Notes: generated by a model not told the origin, from the sequence alone. A stretch of DNA of 64,000 nucleotides from an uncultured virus (IMG/VR IMGVR_UViG_3300012984_000011) (IMGVR_UViG_3300012984_000011), one strand, 5' to 3'. Shown: positions 1-9,441, numbered from the stretch's first letter. Numbers and translations are program-made.

Positions 1-134
1 AGTATCTTGAGCTCGAACGGCATTGAGAACTTCCAACTAGCGATCAATGAATCGGGGTTTCGTGCTACCCCTATCGTGATGGCGATCAGTTTCTCGTTAC
101 GGCCCACGCCACCAATGAAGTACAGGTAACTCAT
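1..134 (-). CDS. Partial ORF, weakly T5orf172/GIY-YIG-like N-terminus
   Basis: ATG at 134 overlaps the upstream stop; translates MSYLYFIGG...ITIGVARNP and runs off the window edge. Confidence 0.4.
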   Translation of the reverse strand, partial: MSYLYFIGGVGRNEKLIAITIGVARNPDSLIASWKFSMPFELKI

Positions 135-418
135 AGTAATCCTCTGTGGTACTCATCCCACATACTGTTCCAATATTCAACGTGTTCTTCAGCGCAATCA
201 GGGCAGAGAAAGACGTCTCGATTGGGGTCCTCTGGCCGGTCGAACTCTAGGTTGAGCCAATCGTAGCGAGTCTTTGGCTCAAGATGGCTGGTAGCGTAGG
301 CCGTCATACCTGGTACAGCCTTGACCCCCTCAGTGGTCTCGCACTGTTCACAATGACCAGGATTTGGCACCTCACGGAACGTAGCTGACGCGAAGACAGG
401 ATCCTGTGAGTTGGCCAT
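131..418 (-). CDS. Hypothetical protein with two CxxC pairs
   Basis: CEQC and CPDC motifs; GGTGTA motif 21 nt upstream. Confidence 0.6.
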   Translation of the reverse strand: MANSQDPVFASATFREVPNPGHCEQCETTEGVKAVPGMTAYATSHLEPKTRYDWLNLEFDRPEDPNRDVFLCPDCAEEHVEYWNSMWDEYHRGLL

Positions 419-423
419 AAAAC

Positions 424-455
424 AAGGGAGGCTGGTTTTTACACCAACCTCCCTT
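424..455 (-). terminator. Intrinsic-terminator-like hairpin
   Basis: Minus strand AAGGGAGGTTGGT-GTAAAA-ACCAGCCTCCCTT followed by GTTTT; contains a GGTGTA motif. Confidence 0.55.
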
Positions 456-590
456 CAGCATCTACTCCACTTTGGGCAACACCCGCCACGGCACTGCTTG
501 CAATGACCACTGGGAGATAGTCAGCGCCTCATTTTCAGCACGACCCTAATGAGGACAGGGCCCCTTCTCCATTTGGGCTGCCCTCACCTT

Positions 591-818
591 TCAGGGGAGG
601 ACTGGAAAAGTCTTGTTTGGGTTTTGGGCCCTATACTGTTTGGCTTGAAAACTGATCTTGGTACCATCACAACCTCCACAAGGCCTCCTTTTTCCGGTTG
701 GGACCCAAGCTGGAGGCTTGTTGTGATACATGTGGTAGAGGAACATCTCTACAGTACCAACACCGGAGCAGATTTTACACCAGGCTTCGGGGTCGAATGG
801 TTGTATCAATGCGTCCAT
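591..818 (-). CDS. Small Zn-finger-like protein
   Basis: CKICSG and CGGCDG (CxxCxG) motifs; ATG at 818 just after the ABC ATPase stop. Confidence 0.5.
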   Translation of the reverse strand: MDALIQPFDPEAWCKICSGVGTVEMFLYHMYHNKPPAWVPTGKRRPCGGCDGTKISFQAKQYRAQNPNKTFPVLP

Positions 819-822
819 ATTG

Positions 823-1728
823 TCACAAGGTTCGGAATTGATCTTTGACTTCAGATACGAAATCGGTGAATTCTCTGGTGGCGGCGATATTGGGCCGCCA
901 AGCCAACCCTCTTTCGATGAGGTTGTATTGCTTCTTGATGTAGGCGCCAGGGATAGGGGCACCATGCTCGTCAAAGTCTCGTCCAAAGAGCCACAAGCAG
1001 TCGGAAATGGCCACCAGAGAGGCAATGTCGTGAGCCACCACAAATAGGGTGTTCTTTTCGTTCAGGGTAGAGACCTTTTGAATCAGGTCGCACACCTTAT
1101 CCTTCATGATCGGATCCAAGCCGGTGAAGGGCTCATCCATGATGATGAAGTGTTCAGAACTAAGCAGCTCTTGGATGATGCTTACCCGTTGCCGCTGCCC
1201 GCCTGACAGCTGACTGGGGTAGAGATTGGCCTTGTCGGCTAGCCCAAAGGTATTGAGGTATTCCCTCACCTTCTCCAATCTGGCCTTCTTGGCAGGACCA
1301 CACCCAAACCAATCTTTGAGGGCATCCAACCCTTTGGCCTTGGGGGCTTTCATGTGCTCCAAAGCCACCAGTAGATTGCCAAGGATGGTCCGGTGTTCGA
1401 ACAGCGGGTAGTTTTGGGCCACCATTCCCACCAGGCCGGCCGTGACGGGCTTTTGGACCACTGATCCGTCAGGTAGCTCTACCTCGACCGTCACCCCGCC
1501 TGTGGTTGGTTTCTGGAGCCCTGCCAAGCATCGGCTGAACTGGGTCTTCCCGATCCCGCTTGGGCCCAAGATTCCAATCACCTGTCCTTGGGTGATGCCA
1601 GAGGTTGGACGGACGATGTCCTTGACCTCGGCATTGATGGGCTTGAGGATCTGCTTCCCATCATAGACCATCGACAGGTTTTGGATGGTGACGAGGGTGC
1701 TTTTCAGCTCGTAATCGTAGGGGCTCAT
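823..1728 (-). CDS. ABC transporter ATP-binding protein (TauB/SsuB-like)
   Basis: Walker A GPSGIGKT, signature LSGGQRQR, Walker B IIMDEPF, H-loop VAHD. Confidence 0.93.
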   Translation of the reverse strand: MSPYDYELKSTLVTIQNLSMVYDGKQILKPINAEVKDIVRPTSGITQGQVIGILGPSGIGKTQFSRCLAGLQKPTTGGVTVEVELPDGSVVQKPVTAGLVGMVAQNYPLFEHRTILGNLLVALEHMKAPKAKGLDALKDWFGCGPAKKARLEKVREYLNTFGLADKANLYPSQLSGGQRQRVSIIQELLSSEHFIIMDEPFTGLDPIMKDKVCDLIQKVSTLNEKNTLFVVAHDIASLVAISDCLWLFGRDFDEHGAPIPGAYIKKQYNLIERGLAWRPNIAATREFTDFVSEVKDQFRTL

Positions 1729-2081
1729 GTCTTATCGTCGTCCCTGTGGGTGACCTTGACGTGCACTCGATGAGTGAAACGAGCCTTCTTGAGCCATTTC
1801 CCCAACTCTTTCCCCTCAACCTCGATATTGGCGCCCCTCATTGCAGCAAACAGAGCGAACAGATCGTACATCGCATGATTGGCGTTGTCGAAATTGGTCT
1901 CTGCATCTTCTCTAAACATTGGGGAATCCAGGGACCGTACATCGTTGGCAAGGCCAGGGCCCATCAATCTATACAGGTAGATCTCGGCAGTGTCCCCACC
2001 GTAGCTATTTTCATCTTGTAGAGCTTTTTCCAACTCTACCCAGATATCCAGGACCTGAATGATAGAAAGGGTGTGTAGCAT
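1725..2081 (-). CDS. Hypothetical protein
   Basis: Start/stop overlaps with both neighbours in the operon. Confidence 0.6.
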   Translation of the reverse strand: MLHTLSIIQVLDIWVELEKALQDENSYGGDTAEIYLYRLMGPGLANDVRSLDSPMFREDAETNFDNANHAMYDLFALFAAMRGANIEVEGKELGKWLKKARFTHRVHVKVTHRDDDKT

Positions 2082-2857
2082 CAGCGGCGCTCCAGAGTGA
2101 GGCGGCTATAGGGGCAGAAAACGCCTTTGAGCCAACCAATCAACCGGTCTTGTCCGATCCCTACGGCCAACATCGTCAACTCGATAGCAAACACAGCATC
2201 GAAGTGACGATACTTGCCATGAGCCAGCATCAAGGCGCCGATCCCACCCTCAGATCGGACCAGACCTTCGACCATGGTCAACATCATCCACCCAATGGCA
2301 GCGTTCTGACGCAAAGCATCAAAATTCTCATCGGCCTTTCCAAGAACAATGATCTCCCAGACGATCCTCCAATCACCCATTCGAAGCGATCGTGCGTGGT
2401 CATACTCGGCCTTGGAAGTTTGGGCCACGATATCGGCGGTGGTGGTGAGGAAGAACACCACGATGGCGAATACCAGCAGGGAGAGTTTGAGTCCATGGCC
2501 GCCACCAAACGCCATCGTAAAGACGCCTACAAAGCCTGCTAGAGCAAAGAAGCGGGCCTTTGACAGGAATTCGACGAACGGACGACAGATGGGAAGTACG
2601 GTCAGGTAGGCCAGGCCGATTGAGATAGCTGAGCTGATCAAGATGGCTTCAATGTTGATCTTGAAGCTGGCCACCAATTCATGCAGCAGACCTTCTTGTT
2701 GCACCAAACGGACCCAGGCTTCCAAGACGTCTGTTGGGCTAGGGATCAGGAAGGCTCCACCGGCCCACCATGCTGTTATCAAGAGGCCAACCTGTATTGC
2801 TAGGATCAGAGTCCAGGTGGTACCTGAGAGGGTTCGGTTAGGTCTAAATGCGTCCAT
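2081..2857 (-). CDS. ABC transporter permease (TauC/SsuC-like)
   Basis: About 6 TM helices, PSP motif, EAA-like loop YDHARSLRMG, GGIG before the last TM. Confidence 0.88.
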   Translation of the reverse strand: MDAFRPNRTLSGTTWTLILAIQVGLLITAWWAGGAFLIPSPTDVLEAWVRLVQQEGLLHELVASFKINIEAILISSAISIGLAYLTVLPICRPFVEFLSKARFFALAGFVGVFTMAFGGGHGLKLSLLVFAIVVFFLTTTADIVAQTSKAEYDHARSLRMGDWRIVWEIIVLGKADENFDALRQNAAIGWMMLTMVEGLVRSEGGIGALMLAHGKYRHFDAVFAIELTMLAVGIGQDRLIGWLKGVFCPYSRLTLERR

Positions 2858-3134
2858 TGGGGATTTGATGAGTGAGGGTCAGGAAACTATAGAGCAATAC
2901 AGCAGTCACCAACAAACAGGCTGTGATTTCGAATTCGTAGAACTGGTCACTGAAACCTGAGCGGTGAAAGACGTACCGTTTGACAAGCAAGTAAGGGAAA
3001 ACAACCAAGATAACGGGCCAGACTGCAGCTAGGAAGAAAGCTCCTAGGGCTGAATTTGGCCCAGACATCTTGGTTGGCCAGGCAGCCGACACAAGGAAAA
3101 CCAAGAAGGCGATGCTTGTGTAGGTGCCTGACAT
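2844..3134 (-). CDS. Small membrane protein
   Basis: About 3 hydrophobic helices; in-operon position. Confidence 0.55.
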   Translation of the reverse strand: MSGTYTSIAFLVFLVSAAWPTKMSGPNSALGAFFLAAVWPVILVVFPYLLVKRYVFHRSGFSDQFYEFEITACLLVTAVLLYSFLTLTHQIPNGRI

Positions 3135-3136
3135 GT

Positions 3137-4930
3137 TCAGTTGGTTCCGAGCTTGACCACTACGCGGCGGTTCTTGGCACGACCCGTCTCAGTGTCGTTG
3201 GTGGCAGTCGGCTTGGTATCGCCAAAGCCCTTGACCGACACGAACCGATCTGGGTCCAGACCCGCTTGAACGAGCCACGTCTTCACGGCGTTGGCACGAG
3301 ACTGCGAGAGCGCCAGATTGTTGTCCGGATTGCCAGTGTTGTCCGTATGACCTTCAATCTCGACCACCAAGTCATTGGCCACCACCAAGCCGTTCTTCAT
3401 CTCTGTGAGTTGAATTTTCGAGCTGGGGGTGAAGGTCGCACTACCGGTTTCGAAGGAGATATCCCAGGAACGATCGCTGACCTTACGTTCGATCGGAGCC
3501 GCCTTGTAGGACGGAAGATCTGCCCGACCACCAATCTGGGGGTTGGCCTTGACGATGTTGGCCGTGTACGAGACGTTCAGGACGGATTCGACCGGCGGGA
3601 AACTGGGAACCAGCTTGGGATATTGCTGGTGAACGACGTTTCCAAACACCGTGTAGGTGGCGCCGAAGATGTTGGGCGAACCCGGGATCAGACCGTAGAG
3701 ATACTGGACATCCTGCAGATTGTTGGCCAAGCTACCACCCAATTCAACCTGCAGACCTTGCTTGTCGGTCTCAGTCACACCCTTGTAGTACTTCTCCCAG
3801 TAGGACGGATCCTGCTCCTTGTTGTAGATCTCCCAGGAAGCCTGAGCGGCACGGGTCAAAGCGGCCGGATAAGAGCGAACCTGATCTCCACCCTCGTAGA
3901 TGGCCGTCAACATTGACTCGACCGTCTTGCGATTGTCCTGGTTCCACTTCTTGATGCCGATGATGGTGTTCGGCATTTGGCTGCGGTACTCCTTCGTGCT
4001 GACGATCGAAACCAACCCGCCTTTCTTGGTCGCCACATTGACGTCACCAGGAGTCCAAGTAACGACTGCATTGATGCAGATGTGCTTGGTTTCACCATTG
4101 CGTTTGCCGTTGATGACAACCGGACGATCTTCACACACGCCTTCGATGTACTTGTTGCCGGCTTCGATGAAGTCGTTAGCAGCAAACCAATTGAGGGCGT
4201 CCGGATCGTAGGTCTTCTCGTCGGGGTTGTTCTTGATCCCGTTGTCGGAACCGAACTTGAGGGCGATGTTCCAGTCACCGTCGCGGAGGTAGCCGCTGAT
4301 GAGGGACCCACGAGCAGCCTTGGGGTTCTGCTTCCATTCGGGCGGACCCATCAACTTGTCTTCACCACGTGAGTAGCCCGCACTGCCGACCACTTCGGGA
4401 ACGTAATCATCACCCAATTTCTTGAGTTCGTCCCACATGCCGGCGATGAAAGCGGCCGAACCATCACCCATCACAGAGGCGAAATGAGCGCCTTCGGTCG
4501 GATTCGGGTTGCCCTTCTTCAAAGCCTTGGCGAAAGCGATCAGCTGAGTCTGCATGACCGAGCAGTCGTCTTGGCGAATGAGGTGCAGGTTGACCCCATG
4601 CTTGGCCATCAAGCTTCCTTGGGTGGGGGTCGGCCCGCCGTTGGCGAAGTTCTCGCCCATCTGGCTGTTCCAAGCCATCAGCAAGGAGCGAACTTCCGGA
4701 CCAGAGACTGCCGTGGGAGTGTTGCTGGGCAACGCCACTTGGGCCACCGCATTGACGGCGGCTGTGGGGGCGGCCTCTGGAAGAGCCGCCACTTGGGGAA
4801 CGGACGCGGGACCGGCCGAAGCCGCCCCGAAATAGCCGTTCATGTATGCGTAACGACCGCCGAAGATGAAGATGACGGCCAGGAGAACGACTCCTAGGGC
4901 GCCTTTTTTCACTTTGAATTGCTGTGCCAT
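3137..4930 (-). CDS. Membrane-anchored solute-binding protein (NMT1/TauA-like) fused to OmpA-like peptidoglycan-binding domain
   Basis: N-terminal TM and Ala/Pro linker; C-terminal EGHTDNTG..NLALSQSRA..GFGDTKP..GRAKNRRV OmpA_C motif; adjacent to ABC permease/ATPase. Confidence 0.85.
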   Translation of the reverse strand: MAQQFKVKKGALGVVLLAVIFIFGGRYAYMNGYFGAASAGPASVPQVAALPEAAPTAAVNAVAQVALPSNTPTAVSGPEVRSLLMAWNSQMGENFANGGPTPTQGSLMAKHGVNLHLIRQDDCSVMQTQLIAFAKALKKGNPNPTEGAHFASVMGDGSAAFIAGMWDELKKLGDDYVPEVVGSAGYSRGEDKLMGPPEWKQNPKAARGSLISGYLRDGDWNIALKFGSDNGIKNNPDEKTYDPDALNWFAANDFIEAGNKYIEGVCEDRPVVINGKRNGETKHICINAVVTWTPGDVNVATKKGGLVSIVSTKEYRSQMPNTIIGIKKWNQDNRKTVESMLTAIYEGGDQVRSYPAALTRAAQASWEIYNKEQDPSYWEKYYKGVTETDKQGLQVELGGSLANNLQDVQYLYGLIPGSPNIFGATYTVFGNVVHQQYPKLVPSFPPVESVLNVSYTANIVKANPQIGGRADLPSYKAAPIERKVSDRSWDISFETGSATFTPSSKIQLTEMKNGLVVANDLVVEIEGHTDNTGNPDNNLALSQSRANAVKTWLVQAGLDPDRFVSVKGFGDTKPTATNDTETGRAKNRRVVVKLGTN

Positions 4931-4964
4931 GTTGTGTTTTTCTAGTTTTGGTAGGGGTATTTGG

Positions 4965-5987
4965 TCAATCGAGTTTGTCGAACAGATTTGCGAAGGATTG
5001 GCGTTTCTTTTCGCCAGTATTCTGGTCTACGTCCACCTCCTCCGCCTGATTAAGGCCACCAATTCGGAACTTGGTGTTCCCAGAGCCGCCTTCGAGCAGG
5101 TTGTTGGCCCGCTTGTTCCACTCATCAAGCTTCGCCAAAGCGTCCATATCGGCGACGTCGTTTTCGAGGTCCATCGAGTTGATGAACGATTGACTGTCCT
5201 GCATGAATTGATCGATCTCGCCGAGTTTGGCGTAGTAGTCTGCTTGTACGCTACCTAGCGCCATGTCGTACATTTCACGGTCCTTGTCCGCTTGCAGGAT
5301 CGCCTTGCTGGCAGCCATCGCCTTGTAGCTGGCTTTGATGGTCTTACGCTTCTGCGTCTCTTCTTCGACCGTATCCTCGATATCGAGGATCATGTACTGC
5401 GAGGCTTCTTGGATCTTCTCCATCAAGGCAATGTGAGCCCGCACCTTGTTGAGCAGACCTTGGTAGGTCATGGCAGTCTTTTCCAATCGCCCTGCCTTAC
5501 GGGTCTGCAGGGTGAGGTCAGTCTTCATCCCTTTCTGGTTACTCTTGTTCCTGGCCGCATTAGCCAGTTCCATACTGTGGCCATAGGCTTCAGTTTTGGT
5601 CTTGATGAGTTGATCCAACTCACGCTCTTGAGCTCGAAGGCTGGAGAGAGCTTTGGCGATCTCCTGATACTTCGATTTTAGACGCTCAACATAACTGTTG
5701 AGGATCGAGATAGGGTCGATGTCGATCACCATTTGGGTCAACCAACGCATCACCGTCTTGTAGCCGTACCAGGCGAGGCGGTGAAAGTCCTTGCTGACGA
5801 TGATCCAACCCAAAACCGCCACCACACCGGCCAATGCTGCCGTGTAGATGACGTTTTCAAGGACCCGTTCGATCAGTGGGAGAATGACGTCCAGGCTCTT
5901 GAACCCGAAGTATCCCAGGATCGCAAGTCCTCCCCAGGCAACCAAGTTCTCGGGACGTTGCCAAGCCTTCTTTTGATTTTCTTCCAC
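4965..5987 (-). CDS. Two-TM coiled-coil protein, PspA/IM30-like
   Basis: Two N-terminal TM helices, then DP(I)..L and a long heptad coiled coil. Confidence 0.6.
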   Translation of the reverse strand: MEENQKKAWQRPENLVAWGGLAILGYFGFKSLDVILPLIERVLENVIYTAALAGVVAVLGWIIVSKDFHRLAWYGYKTVMRWLTQMVIDIDPISILNSYVERLKSKYQEIAKALSSLRAQERELDQLIKTKTEAYGHSMELANAARNKSNQKGMKTDLTLQTRKAGRLEKTAMTYQGLLNKVRAHIALMEKIQEASQYMILDIEDTVEEETQKRKTIKASYKAMAASKAILQADKDREMYDMALGSVQADYYAKLGEIDQFMQDSQSFINSMDLENDVADMDALAKLDEWNKRANNLLEGGSGNTKFRIGGLNQAEEVDVDQNTGEKKRQSFANLFDKLD

Positions 5988-5989
5988 TT

Positions 5990-6685
5990 TCAGAGTCCTT
6001 TTCCGAATTCGACGATCTTTTGCTTCTGGTCTTGCACGGTCTTGAGCATGCGTGAGTATTGAATAGCGAAACGTTCCTGAAAAGTCTTCATCTTGGTCTC
6101 TTCAACCGAGATGCCGCTTTGCTCTGTGTCTCGCTTCGCAGTGAGACTCACCAAGCCCTCTTGAAGGCTTGCGATCTGGGCTTGCGTAGATGCGATCTGG
6201 GCGTTCAAGGCTTCCACAGCTTGGACCTTGGCTCCCACGCGACTGGTATACTGTTCTTTGGACTCTTTAGCGAAGAGTTGTTCCTTCGCCTGGAGGGCCC
6301 CTTCGAAGGCGTCGTATTCATTGATGAGAGCCACGAGAGGGATCCCTTTTCCAATGAAGAGCTTCAAAGCCGTTTGGTACCGAAGTGCCTCCACCGGCAC
6401 AACACCTTCCAGCGTTTGCAGAAAACTCTGCAACTCAGGGATGTGTTTGACCGTGACAGCCGCAACAGCTTCTTGAAGAATGGTTGCAGCTGAAGCGTCG
6501 CACTTGGCGATCCGTTCGGCGTCAACCGATGGAACCGCTGGTACTGGAGGGAAGTTGGTCACCACGGTTGCTGGTGTTTGGGCCGTGGCCGCACCAGGGG
6601 CGGGCGTTTGGGGGGCTTCCACCGCTTCAGCTAGGCCGATTTTGGCCATCGCAGATCCTAATTGGTCTGTGAGTTTTCCGAACAT
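5990..6685 (-). CDS. Coiled-coil protein, first gene of the ABC operon
   Basis: RBS AAGGA; Pro/Ala linker; C-terminal coiled coil. Confidence 0.7.
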   Translation of the reverse strand: MFGKLTDQLGSAMAKIGLAEAVEAPQTPAPGAATAQTPATVVTNFPPVPAVPSVDAERIAKCDASAATILQEAVAAVTVKHIPELQSFLQTLEGVVPVEALRYQTALKLFIGKGIPLVALINEYDAFEGALQAKEQLFAKESKEQYTSRVGAKVQAVEALNAQIASTQAQIASLQEGLVSLTAKRDTEQSGISVEETKMKTFQERFAIQYSRMLKTVQDQKQKIVEFGKGL

Positions 6686-6718
6686 GAGATTCCTTTGTTA
6701 GGTGTCATGTTCGGTCTA

Positions 6719-6724
6719 TACACC
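6719..6724 (-). promoter_or_regulatory. GGTGTA motif heading the ABC/OmpA operon
   Basis: TACACC on + strand; member of the recurrent motif family. Confidence 0.55.
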
Positions 6725-6731
6725 GAGAACC

Positions 6732-7025
6732 CTAACCCCAAGGAAGCGTCAATTGATTGGGGTCTATCCAAGGGATTTTCGGCTCTGGTTTGGCTGGATA
6801 ACGTCGATGCCGATCGCACCAATGAGGCCACTCGACGTCGCAAACAGTTCCTACGTCGCCGCACCAAGCACACCAGGATCTGCACCCATGGCACGCACCT
6901 TCACCTGGGCAAGGGTCGGGCTTCTCAGGTCCTGGCTCGGTGGTGGCCAGAATCTCGTAGCGAGATTTTCTATACGGCCGATCCATGACACGCCGGACAT
7001 ACCACGGAAACAATTCGTCAGACAT
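6732..7025 (-). CDS. Cys-rich small protein ending QLTLPWG
   Basis: Multiple CxxC; start overlaps upstream stop. Confidence 0.55.
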   Translation of the reverse strand: MSDELFPWYVRRVMDRPYRKSRYEILATTEPGPEKPDPCPGEGACHGCRSWCAWCGDVGTVCDVEWPHWCDRHRRYPAKPEPKIPWIDPNQLTLPWG

Positions 7026-7597
7026 CAGATGAACGGACGTAGCGAATACAGAACCTTGTGTGCCTTGGGAGTCAGGATCCCTTTAGGGAATTCGGATAGG
7101 GTGCTGGCTTGCGTGCAGGCAGGCTTCCAACTTGGGCTAAGACTTTTGACCGTCTCCAAATACTCAGCCTCATAGGCTTTCGCCCTAAGCAGCACGTTTG
7201 GTCTCTCTTCCAGGAAGCGTTCATTGGCGTAATCGACTGCTTGACTGCCCACGTAGACCAATGCACCCAATTGAGTCAGAGGATCCTGATTGACCATCTC
7301 CACCCAATTGGCAGGAGTAGCGATCATCGCTTGGGGAGCCATCTTGACACCTCCAAGGATAAAAGACAGTACCGGAACCTGTATCCCATAACAGACCGGA
7401 GCAACTTTCTGTCCCACTACATCCCAAACCACAGACATCAATCGATTGATAGCTGGGTTGGGGAATTGACTCATCAAGAAGTCCACTCCCAATATGAAGA
7501 CTCGCTCGATAGTTTGACAACCCTGGTCTTCAATTTTCAACACCTCCCTGTCATTGAGGTATTGCAGAATCTGTTGCTCCAGGGTGTCGGGGTTCAT
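7025..7597 (-). CDS. Hypothetical protein
   Basis: 190 aa ORF coupled to neighbours. Confidence 0.65.
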   Translation of the reverse strand: MNPDTLEQQILQYLNDREVLKIEDQGCQTIERVFILGVDFLMSQFPNPAINRLMSVVWDVVGQKVAPVCYGIQVPVLSFILGGVKMAPQAMIATPANWVEMVNQDPLTQLGALVYVGSQAVDYANERFLEERPNVLLRAKAYEAEYLETVKSLSPSWKPACTQASTLSEFPKGILTPKAHKVLYSLRPFI

Positions 7598-8001
7598 CTT
7601 ACGGCTTCTGGATCAGATTGGAAGACGACACCGCGTGGATTCGACATCTTACCTACACAATCGAGGCAAAGAGGCACAATCCCCACACACGGGGCAGCTT
7701 CTTTGCTCGAACATGATAGGCACATTTGTCCCACTCCCGTGTGTTCTGATAAGGGGATCTGAGATCGTCCCTCAGACTCGATCTCATTGTCGGGGAAAAC
7801 CCCCTCCGAGAGCAAAACCCTCAAGTCTTTGAGAGCCTGCAAGTAGCCGGCCGTGTAGTGGTGGCGTTCCTCCGTATCACGGATAAGATGTCGTTTTTCC
7901 AGGACTTTAGAGCTATCTCGATAGACCCTCTGCTCCAACAGTTGCAACCTGTCAAAACATCTTCTGGCGACCAATCGTAGCCTTTTGTCCGAATCCTTCA
8001 T
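7594..8001 (-). CDS. Hypothetical protein with C-terminal CxxC pairs
   Basis: ATGA overlap with radical SAM stop; CLSC, CLDC. Confidence 0.55.
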   Translation of the reverse strand: MKDSDKRLRLVARRCFDRLQLLEQRVYRDSSKVLEKRHLIRDTEERHHYTAGYLQALKDLRVLLSEGVFPDNEIESEGRSQIPLSEHTGVGQMCLSCSSKEAAPCVGIVPLCLDCVGKMSNPRGVVFQSDPEAVR

Positions 8002-8852
8002 GCGACGTATTGATCTGCGATGAATTGTCCACAACTAGAACCAATATCACGGCCAGGAGGACTATAGACCTCAACACGATACCCGAGTTGCTCCAATCCT
8101 AGGGTGAATTGGGCCGTCCTAGATGAACCATGCATTAAAGGTTCCTGCTTTTTCTCAGCAAATCTGAGCAACTTGATCGGCACATCTCGCCCCGACAGAG
8201 CCTCAAATCGAGCCAAGTCTTCTTCCTTGTCGTTGATACCGTCAATCAGAGTATAGTGCACCTCTGTTGGTTGCCCAGTATCGCTCGCATACTCTTTAAG
8301 CATGTTCCAAGAGTCGAGGATGGGGGAGGCTGAGGGCATCAGACTCTTACGAGCCGGTGCATCCAACGAATGCAACGAAAGGTGTAGCTTGAAAGGCAGT
8401 CCGTGCAGACCCACCAGTTGTTTGAACTGTTCAAAGCACTTCCGACTTGGAATGATGGTCGCTAGGGCGAAGCGTACATTGTCGTACCACCCCATCGCGT
8501 TGGTGTCGCCCATACACTTGGCCGTCTCGATCACCTGTTCGACATTGAGCAACGGTTCTCCCGCCCCCATGAAGCTGATCAACAGAGTCTTGTTGGCAGG
8601 CAGCTGGTAACGAATAGACGCCTTGATCAAGGCTATCATTTGGTCGCTGGACAGATTCTGGGTTGGTCTGTTGTTACCAGTCAGATGACAGAAAGTGCAC
8701 CCCATACGGCAATTGGTCTGTGTGGGGATCACCACAATGTCTTTGCCGTCTCCCTTCCGAAGGTAGGACACCTCATGAACCGTTGTGTCTTCTTGGAAGA
8801 CCAGCTTCTTGACGTCTTCCACTCGGGAAGACAGAACGTCTATCAATTTCAT
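7998..8852 (-). CDS. RlmN/Cfr-like radical SAM protein
   Basis: CRMGCTFC (CxxxCxxC), MGAGEPL, LSLH, YTLIDGIND, GRDIGSSCGQ. Confidence 0.85.
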   Translation of the reverse strand: MKLIDVLSSRVEDVKKLVFQEDTTVHEVSYLRKGDGKDIVVIPTQTNCRMGCTFCHLTGNNRPTQNLSSDQMIALIKASIRYQLPANKTLLISFMGAGEPLLNVEQVIETAKCMGDTNAMGWYDNVRFALATIIPSRKCFEQFKQLVGLHGLPFKLHLSLHSLDAPARKSLMPSASPILDSWNMLKEYASDTGQPTEVHYTLIDGINDKEEDLARFEALSGRDVPIKLLRFAEKKQEPLMHGSSRTAQFTLGLEQLGYRVEVYSPPGRDIGSSCGQFIADQYVA

Positions 8853-8853
8853 C

Positions 8854-9441
8854 TTAGCCTTCCTGTAGCTTCTGTGGATTTAGGCACAGTTCTCGCAACC
8901 TATCGAGCAACAGCTGATTGGGTTCACCCTCTGGGATAGGTAGATGTTGCATGAGGAACGGCCCTCGTGCTCTTGCGACGTTGATTGGTTGAGCCGACAC
9001 ACCTTCCCCGGTTGGTGAAGGTGGAAACACCAGGGTATTCTTCAAAACTGCCTGATTCAAGCAAGTCCGAAGATTATCAGCTTCGACCTGTTCCTCATCG
9101 GGCCAACCACGCTCTAGCGGCCAGATACGACCATCCCATCCAAAACGTTCCAGCACCCCTAAGACGCCGCGCTCAGTCTCGGGATAGACTGGCATCTCGA
9201 TTTGGATCAATCCCTTGGGAGACATTTCTCCTGTGGGTTCGATCAGCAAAGCTCGAAGCATCACCAATGGCACCTTGGTCTTGGCTCGAAGACTGACCCA
9301 GCTAAGAAGAGGCAAGATCAAGAACTCCCCCTTCACAGGATCGGTCAACACTTTCCCTACAGGGTAGCGGTCATGATCCTCCGGTACCTGCTGCTCTTCT
9401 TCCTTCTCTGCATTTCGTTTGATTTTGCGTAGTTGACTCAT
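8854..9441 (-). CDS. Hypothetical protein
   Basis: ATG 9441 with GGTGTA motif at 9459-9464. Confidence 0.6.
   Translation of the reverse strand: MSQLRKIKRNAEKEEEQQVPEDHDRYPVGKVLTDPVKGEFLILPLLSWVSLRAKTKVPLVMLRALLIEPTGEMSPKGLIQIEMPVYPETERGVLGVLERFGWDGRIWPLERGWPDEEQVEADNLRTCLNQAVLKNTLVFPPSPTGEGVSAQPINVARARGPFLMQHLPIPEGEPNQLLLDRLRELCLNPQKLQEG

Noticed and set aside
3056..3916. 286-aa plus-strand ORF
   Set aside because: Antisense shadow of the strongly codon-biased SBP-OmpA gene; no motifs
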